This document shows, in pieces, positions 25,099 to 29,561 of a DNA stretch of 29,561 bases; position 1 is the first letter of the stretch; every line of letters starts with the position of its first letter. This DNA is from a virus (Duplodnaviria; Caudoviricetes): positions 1 to 29,561 of the IMG/VR virus record IMGVR_UViG_3300011335_000225; one strand, 5' to 3'. A model generated the notes under the pieces. It searched no databases, had not been told where the DNA came from, and worked only from the letters and a program-made list of their open reading frames with translations. The translations under genes and the position numbers were made by a program.

Positions 25099-25129
25099 AC
25101 CCCCTCCCTAAAAAGAGGGGGTTCTTTTT
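25099..25129 (+). terminator. intrinsic terminator after the capsid gene
   Basis: ACCCCCTC/GAGGGGGT stem followed by TCTTTTT. Confidence 0.8.
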
Positions 25130-25147
25130 ATCAAAAGGAAATTTATC

Positions 25148-25303
25148 ATGGCATACGAAAAGCGTAAAGAAATGGGTCAAAAACCTGAACCCAAAATGTC
25201 TGTGTCTAAGATGGCTCCAGCTAAAAAAATGATGGATGCCAAAATGATGGGTGCTAAAAAGACTATGACTGCTAAAAAAACTATGTACAAAAAGAAAATG
25301 TAA
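25148..25303 (+). CDS. small Met/Lys-rich protein, 51 aa
   Basis: AAGGA SD; 15 Lys and 11 Met; not in the ORF track. Confidence 0.7.
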   Translation: MAYEKRKEMGQKPEPKMSVSKMAPAKKMMDAKMMGAKKTMTAKKTMYKKKM

Positions 25304-25405
25304 CGTAGAATGTAATCAGCACAATGTTTGTGCAAACCCTGATGATGACGCTACCTAGTAGGTAGTGTTGTTTGTGTAACACTTATGTCAACATAGGATT
25401 TTAAA

Positions 25406-26395
25406 ATGGCTCTCCCACAATCTCCCGCATCCAACTTCCCTGGTGGTTTTAACAACGTAACTATCCGAGGTGTTCCAATCACTCAGTCTCATCCTGGTCA
25501 AGTGTATTGGGTATCTAATGCTACCCCAACTTTGCCAGGACAAATTGGTGGTTCTGATGGTAACCCAGGCACTTTCAATGCTCCATTTAGTACTCTAGAG
25601 TTTGCTGTTACTAGTTGTACTGCTAATCGTGGAGACATCATCTTTATTAAACCAGGTCACGCTGAAACCATTTCTAGTGCTACAGCTTTGGCCTTTGATA
25701 TTGCTGGTGTAGCAATTGTTGGTCTAGGTGCTGGTACTAAACGTCCTACGTTTACTCTTGGTACGGCTGCAACAACTACCATTGCTGTGTCTGCTGATAA
25801 CGTATCAATTTCTAATTGTCGCTTTATTGGTAACTTCTTGAGCATTACTTCGTGCTTTACAGTTGCTGCTGCTGCGTATTTCACCATTGACAACTGTTCG
25901 TTTACTGATACAAGTGCCATCCTTGGCTTCTTGTCAGCAGTTAAAACTACTGTGTCTACCAATTCAGACTTCTTGCAAGTATCTAATTGCTTCATTAAAT
26001 CTGATGCTACAACTAAGTCTGTTGCTCCTATTGTTGTGCTAAACACAATGACTGGTTTGACACTGACTGATAACTATGTTGTTCAAACTGTTGCCCAAAA
26101 TAACGTGTCTCAATTCTTGAGTCATGCTGCATTGGTAATGACTGCTGCTTTAGTCTCAGGCAATAAAGTTTATTGCGTTAATACTGATACTGCAACTGGT
26201 GCTTGTCTCATTAGTACTACTGCTACTACTGGCTCTGGTATTGTTATGAACAACACAATCCGTGCTCTTGACGTTGCTGCTGCTATTGTGGTCACTGCTA
26301 ATGCTGTCCAATATGGAATGTTTAACAACCTCTATATTGGAGATGGAACCATGAACTCAGGTTTTGTACTTCCTGCTATTGGTACTGATGCCTAA
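25406..26395 (+). CDS. beta-helix (pectin-lyase-fold-like) virion protein
   Basis: PFSTL..A...GDIIFIKPG cap motif and repeated ISNC.F/IDNC.F rungs. Confidence 0.7.
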   Translation: MALPQSPASNFPGGFNNVTIRGVPITQSHPGQVYWVSNATPTLPGQIGGSDGNPGTFNAPFSTLEFAVTSCTANRGDIIFIKPGHAETISSATALAFDIAGVAIVGLGAGTKRPTFTLGTAATTTIAVSADNVSISNCRFIGNFLSITSCFTVAAAAYFTIDNCSFTDTSAILGFLSAVKTTVSTNSDFLQVSNCFIKSDATTKSVAPIVVLNTMTGLTLTDNYVVQTVAQNNVSQFLSHAALVMTAALVSGNKVYCVNTDTATGACLISTTATTGSGIVMNNTIRALDVAAAIVVTANAVQYGMFNNLYIGDGTMNSGFVLPAIGTDA

Positions 26396-26409
26396 TCTGT
26401 AATGTAGTT

Positions 26410-26445
26410 TACTAGGAGAAGACTGTTCTTCTCTTAGTACCTTTA
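26410..26445 (+). terminator. stem-loop, weak terminator or processing site
   Basis: TACTAGGAGAAGA/TCTTCTCTTAGTA stem with a short T tail. Confidence 0.5.
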
Positions 26446-26478
26446 ACAGGTACAACCTTTGCAAAATAGGAGTTTGGC

Positions 26479-26841
26479 ATGAGTGATGTAAGAATTAAAA
26501 GTGGCGAACAACCTCGCTACTTTGCTTTTAGTAGTGCGTTATCTACAACAAGTAACGGCAACTCTACACCTTTGTATAAAGAAAGTCCTTGGAGTACTTT
26601 TCAAGTTATTATTACTGGTACTGGTGCTGTATCAGCTACAGTAACTATCCAAGGTTCAAACCAAGAAGACACCTTTAATGGTACTAAAAGTAATTGGGTT
26701 ACTATAAATGCTTTTAGTATGACTGGTACTACCAGTGATACACAAGGTTTTACTTCAATAGCTACTTGGAGATATGTACGTGCTGTTGTTGCTTCTATTT
26801 CTGGAACAGGGGCTACTGTTGAAGTAATCATGGGTGTCTAA
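26479..26841 (+). CDS. beta-rich virion protein (hypothetical)
   Basis: V.IQGSN...W...RYVRA pattern; AGGAG SD. Confidence 0.75.
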   Translation: MSDVRIKSGEQPRYFAFSSALSTTSNGNSTPLYKESPWSTFQVIITGTGAVSATVTIQGSNQEDTFNGTKSNWVTINAFSMTGTTSDTQGFTSIATWRYVRAVVASISGTGATVEVIMGV

Positions 26842-27078
26842 GTGGATATTCAAACGTTACTTAACACAGGTCTTATTCTTGCCGCTACTGTTACTGGTTG
26901 GTTTGCAAGAGAACTGTGGGCTGCTGTTAAAGATTTAAAAATTGATCTATCTAAGTTAAGAGAAGACCTTCCTAAAGAGTATGTTGCTAAGAACGACTAC
27001 AAAGATGATATTCGAGAACTTAAAGATATGATTGGTAAGATCTTTGATAAACTAGATAATAAATCTGATAAGGCGTAA
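26842..27078 (+). CDS. small membrane-anchored coiled-coil protein (possible lysis accessory)
   Basis: N-terminal hydrophobic helix plus coiled coil; GTG start. Confidence 0.65.
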   Translation: MDIQTLLNTGLILAATVTGWFARELWAAVKDLKIDLSKLREDLPKEYVAKNDYKDDIRELKDMIGKIFDKLDNKSDKA

Positions 27079-27080
27079 CT

Positions 27081-27242
27081 ATGTCTAAAATGATTGTCCC
27101 AGCTAATGCTAAAGAAGCCCAGATTAGTGCTGTTGTTATTCGTGCTGATGGCACTATAGAGCACTTAGGTGTTATTAGTTATTGGCACAAGAACCCCTTC
27201 AAACGTATTTTTTGGAGTATTAAAAAATGGCTACAGTCCTAA
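27081..27242 (+). CDS. small hypothetical protein, 53 aa
   Basis: MSKMIVPANAKEAQISAVVIRADGTIEHLG...; fills the gap; TAAGG upstream. Confidence 0.65.
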   Translation: MSKMIVPANAKEAQISAVVIRADGTIEHLGVISYWHKNPFKRIFWSIKKWLQS

Positions 27243-27598
27243 CAAATGCTGGTAAAGCAATCGTAACTAATCGTATTAAAGGATCAGGTACTGAACCCCT
27301 TAATGCTGCTTGGGGTACAGGTGCTGGTACAGCAGCAATAACTGATACAACTTTATTTACAGAAGCTAGTCCCCGTGCTGCTGGTACAAGCACACAACAG
27401 ACTACAACTGTAACTAATGACACGTACCAAGTGGTTGCTACCATAACTGCTGCTGGCACTCTTGCTGTTACTAATGCTGGTTTGTTTGATGTAATCACTG
27501 CAAGTTCTGGCAACTTGTTTGTTAAAGGTGACTTTACAGTAATCAACGTAGTATCTAGCGACTCAATCCAGTTTACTTTTAAAACTACGTTTAGTTAA
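27227..27598 (+). CDS. tail-associated structural protein
   Basis: LTNAG...GTG...DTTLFTE..R...VTNAGLFD...SG.L pattern of tail-fibre/baseplate-type domains. Confidence 0.65.
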   Translation: MATVLTNAGKAIVTNRIKGSGTEPLNAAWGTGAGTAAITDTTLFTEASPRAAGTSTQQTTTVTNDTYQVVATITAAGTLAVTNAGLFDVITASSGNLFVKGDFTVINVVSSDSIQFTFKTTFS

Positions 27599-27621
27599 TT
27601 TAAGGTAGGAGACAATGGTAT

Positions 27622-28551
27622 ATGTCTCTTAATGCCTATGCAGTTAATGCAGCAGTACTGAATGGTGCTGGTAATAACCAGTACACTCAGGCAGTAACAG
27701 CTTCTAGCAGCAGCACTTTTACTCTGGTAAAAAGTGTTGCTATTATTAAATCTGTTGCAAGCACTAGCACAGTAATTAAAACACTTTTGACAGGTAAGTT
27801 TATAGCTTACGTGTCTACTAGTGTTGCGTCTATAGTAAAAGTTATAGTTAAAAGTCTTTCTTTTTCTTCTAGCTCTACAACCACTTTAGACAAATCTTTT
27901 CTTAAACTTCTTAGTGCTTCTGTTACTACAGCCAATAGTTTAGTACGCAGCATAGCAAAAACCCTCTCTAATTCTAGTGCGTCTGTTAGTAGTTTTGTTA
28001 AATCTACTAGCAAGTCTATTGCTGTAACAGTAACTGTAGTTGTTAGTTTAGTTGCTAATATTACTTATGCAAAAGTCTTGTCAATACTGTCTATAAACAC
28101 AGTATCATTGGTAATAACTACTATTAAAACAATAGCAGTTTCTACAAGCAGTATTGCAACATTGCTTAACTCACTTGCTTTCTTTAGAACCCTTACTGCA
28201 ACATCTAGCACAACCAGCACAATAAGCAAAGCCCAGTCTTTTTACAGAACTATTTCGGCTAGTACAGTGACCTCTGTTGCAACCATAGTAAGAGAGGTAT
28301 CAAAAATAGTGATTGTTGCTAGTTCTGTACAAGCAACTATTTCTACATCTACTCAAAGATTTGTGTTATTAGTAACAACCGTCTATACTAGTGTGGTAAG
28401 CTATATCTACCAAGTCCTACCAAATGTCGTAGATACAGTCTTTGTACCCACAAGGAAAGTTCTAGTCAAAGCTGTTGGATTTGTTAGCATACTAGTTAGA
28501 CCAAAAAAGACTAATGTAGTTGCTTCAAAACAGGATGACATATATGGCTGA
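27622..28551 (+). CDS. Ser/Thr/Val-rich repetitive virion protein
   Basis: Degenerate ~19-aa repeats (K.L...SSS..SL.KS); AGGAG SD. Confidence 0.65.
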   Translation: MSLNAYAVNAAVLNGAGNNQYTQAVTASSSSTFTLVKSVAIIKSVASTSTVIKTLLTGKFIAYVSTSVASIVKVIVKSLSFSSSSTTTLDKSFLKLLSASVTTANSLVRSIAKTLSNSSASVSSFVKSTSKSIAVTVTVVVSLVANITYAKVLSILSINTVSLVITTIKTIAVSTSSIATLLNSLAFFRTLTATSSTTSTISKAQSFYRTISASTVTSVATIVREVSKIVIVASSVQATISTSTQRFVLLVTTVYTSVVSYIYQVLPNVVDTVFVPTRKVLVKAVGFVSILVRPKKTNVVASKQDDIYG

Positions 28552-28858
28552 AAGTTTTTCTTACAAATTTACTGCTGAGATCAAACCCCTATCATTTGAC
28601 TTTAGTCAAGTATTGGCTACAGGAGAAACACTGTCTACAGCTACTTGTACTGTTCTTGTTATAGATGGTGTAGATGCTTCCCCATCTAGTTTGTTGTCTG
28701 GTGGCGCAAGTATTATAGGAAGTAAAATTTACCAGCAAGTACAAAGCGGTACAGCAGGAGTAACTTACCGCATTGTGGCTACTATAACAACTAGTGCAGG
28801 TAACACCCTGGTTGCATTGGGTGATTTACCTGTGTATAGTACAACTGAAGTACAGTAG
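28544..28858 (+). CDS. putative tail/fibre adaptor protein
   Basis: K...E...FDFS..L..GETL...G..G.TY...ITTS.G pattern; start at MAESF. Confidence 0.65.
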   Translation: MAESFSYKFTAEIKPLSFDFSQVLATGETLSTATCTVLVIDGVDASPSSLLSGGASIIGSKIYQQVQSGTAGVTYRIVATITTSAGNTLVALGDLPVYSTTEVQ

Positions 28859-28860
28859 TA

Positions 28861-29151
28861 ATGTCTTACAAATCTAGGTGGAGTAACGGCAACTGGAACG
28901 TCATTTGTGATGTTTGTGGTCGTGAATTCAAAGACAACGAACTACAGATGCGTTGGGATGGACTTATGGTCTGTTCTGGTGATTGGGAACCTAGACAACC
29001 CCAAGACTTTGTACATGGTGTAGCTGACATACAAGCTCCCCCATTTACTAGGGCTGAGCAAGCAGATGTGTTTCTTTTTGTGCTGCAAACTACAACTGCT
29101 CTAAATGGATCAGCGCTCAACACTCTGCCTATAAACGATGGCTATAACTAA
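28861..29151 (+). CDS. conserved phage zinc-ribbon-like protein
   Basis: ICDVCG...WDGLMVC..DWEPRQPQDF. Confidence 0.75.
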   Translation: MSYKSRWSNGNWNVICDVCGREFKDNELQMRWDGLMVCSGDWEPRQPQDFVHGVADIQAPPFTRAEQADVFLFVLQTTTALNGSALNTLPINDGYN

Positions 29152-29163
29152 AGAGGAATCTTT

Positions 29164-29561
29164 ATGGTAATGAAGTTTACTAACAACGCAACAAGTACTT
29201 TAGCGTCTACTATTACTAGTGTTGCAACTAGTCTTACAGTAGGTGGTGGTGACGGTGCTTTGTTTCCAACACTAACAGTAAGCGATTATTTCTACTGTAC
29301 TCTTGCTAACTCAAGCGGTACTATTGAAATTATTAAAGTAACAGCTAGGTCTACTGACACATTTACTATTACCCGTGCTCAAGACAATACTGTGGCTAGT
29401 GCATTTACTGCTGGAGATAAAGTAGAGTTACGTCTAGTTGCTGCAAGTCTAAACGATTTGCCCAAACTAGATGAGGCAAATACTTTTTCTGCTGCAAATA
29501 CTTTTTCTACAACATTGGGTGTTACAGGTGCTGCTACTTTAAGCTCAACATTGGGTGTTAC
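29164..29561 (+). CDS. tail fibre protein, partial (runs off the right edge)
   Basis: GAGG SD; MKFTNNA.STLA...FP...EIIKVTARS.D..TI.RAQ..T N-terminal module; TLGVTGAATLSSTLGV repeats. Confidence 0.75.
   Translation, partial: MVMKFTNNATSTLASTITSVATSLTVGGGDGALFPTLTVSDYFYCTLANSSGTIEIIKVTARSTDTFTITRAQDNTVASAFTAGDKVELRLVAASLNDLPKLDEANTFSAANTFSTTLGVTGAATLSSTLGV

Larger units (their letters stand above)
2827..28376. repeat. dispersed 12-bp palindromic motif GTTMYTARKAAC (12 exact copies)
   Basis: Copies start at 2827, 3646, 7133, 8532, 11546, 13251, 14775, 15159, 18001, 22160, 25085 and 28365. Confidence 0.85.

Noticed and set aside
25339-25380. Hammerhead-like CTGATGA followed by a stem
   Set aside because: No GAAA core after the stem and no stem I/III pairing found.
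2827-28376. Dispersed palindromes as CRISPR repeats or terminators
   Set aside because: Too short, kilobases apart, mostly intragenic, AT-rich and without U tails.
17702-29123. Minus-strand and out-of-frame ORFs in the right arm (e.g. 24345-24884, 25657-26046)
   Set aside because: They lie within well-supported structural genes and have no independent support.
29477-29561. Direct repeats CAAATACTTTTTCT and CAACATTGGGTGTTAC
   Set aside because: Explained by in-frame tail-fibre peptide repeats (ANTFS, TLGV).

Overview
Fragment of a tailed dsDNA phage genome (Caudoviricetes) with two divergent arms and no tRNA, CRISPR, integrase or RNA polymerase seen in the window. The left arm (1-15455, minus strand) carries small early genes, a DUF1281-like protein, a VWA/MoxR-type (CobT/CobS-like) pair, primase, DnaB-like helicase, family A DNA polymerase, a putative SSB, T7 gp6-like exonuclease, T7 gp3-like endonuclease and a run of small accessory ORFs. 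The right arm (16491-end, plus strand) carries small basic proteins, TerS, TerL, portal, GroES, scaffold, decoration protein, major capsid and tail-type genes. The ~1 kb between the arms holds back-to-back sigma70-type promoters, an inverted-repeat operator, tandem DnaA boxes and folded elements. The main unexplained signals are three. (1) A degenerate palindrome, GTTMYTARKAAC, has 12 exact copies spread across both arms, mostly inside genes and in different reading frames. (2) Two related GC-rich multibranch elements with GCGAAG(C) mini-hairpins fold best on the template strand of the early genes. (3) Candidate structured RNAs lie 3' of the putative ssb (pseudoknot) and in the late leader (alternative folds). 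All family calls come from motif recognition by eye, not from database searches.
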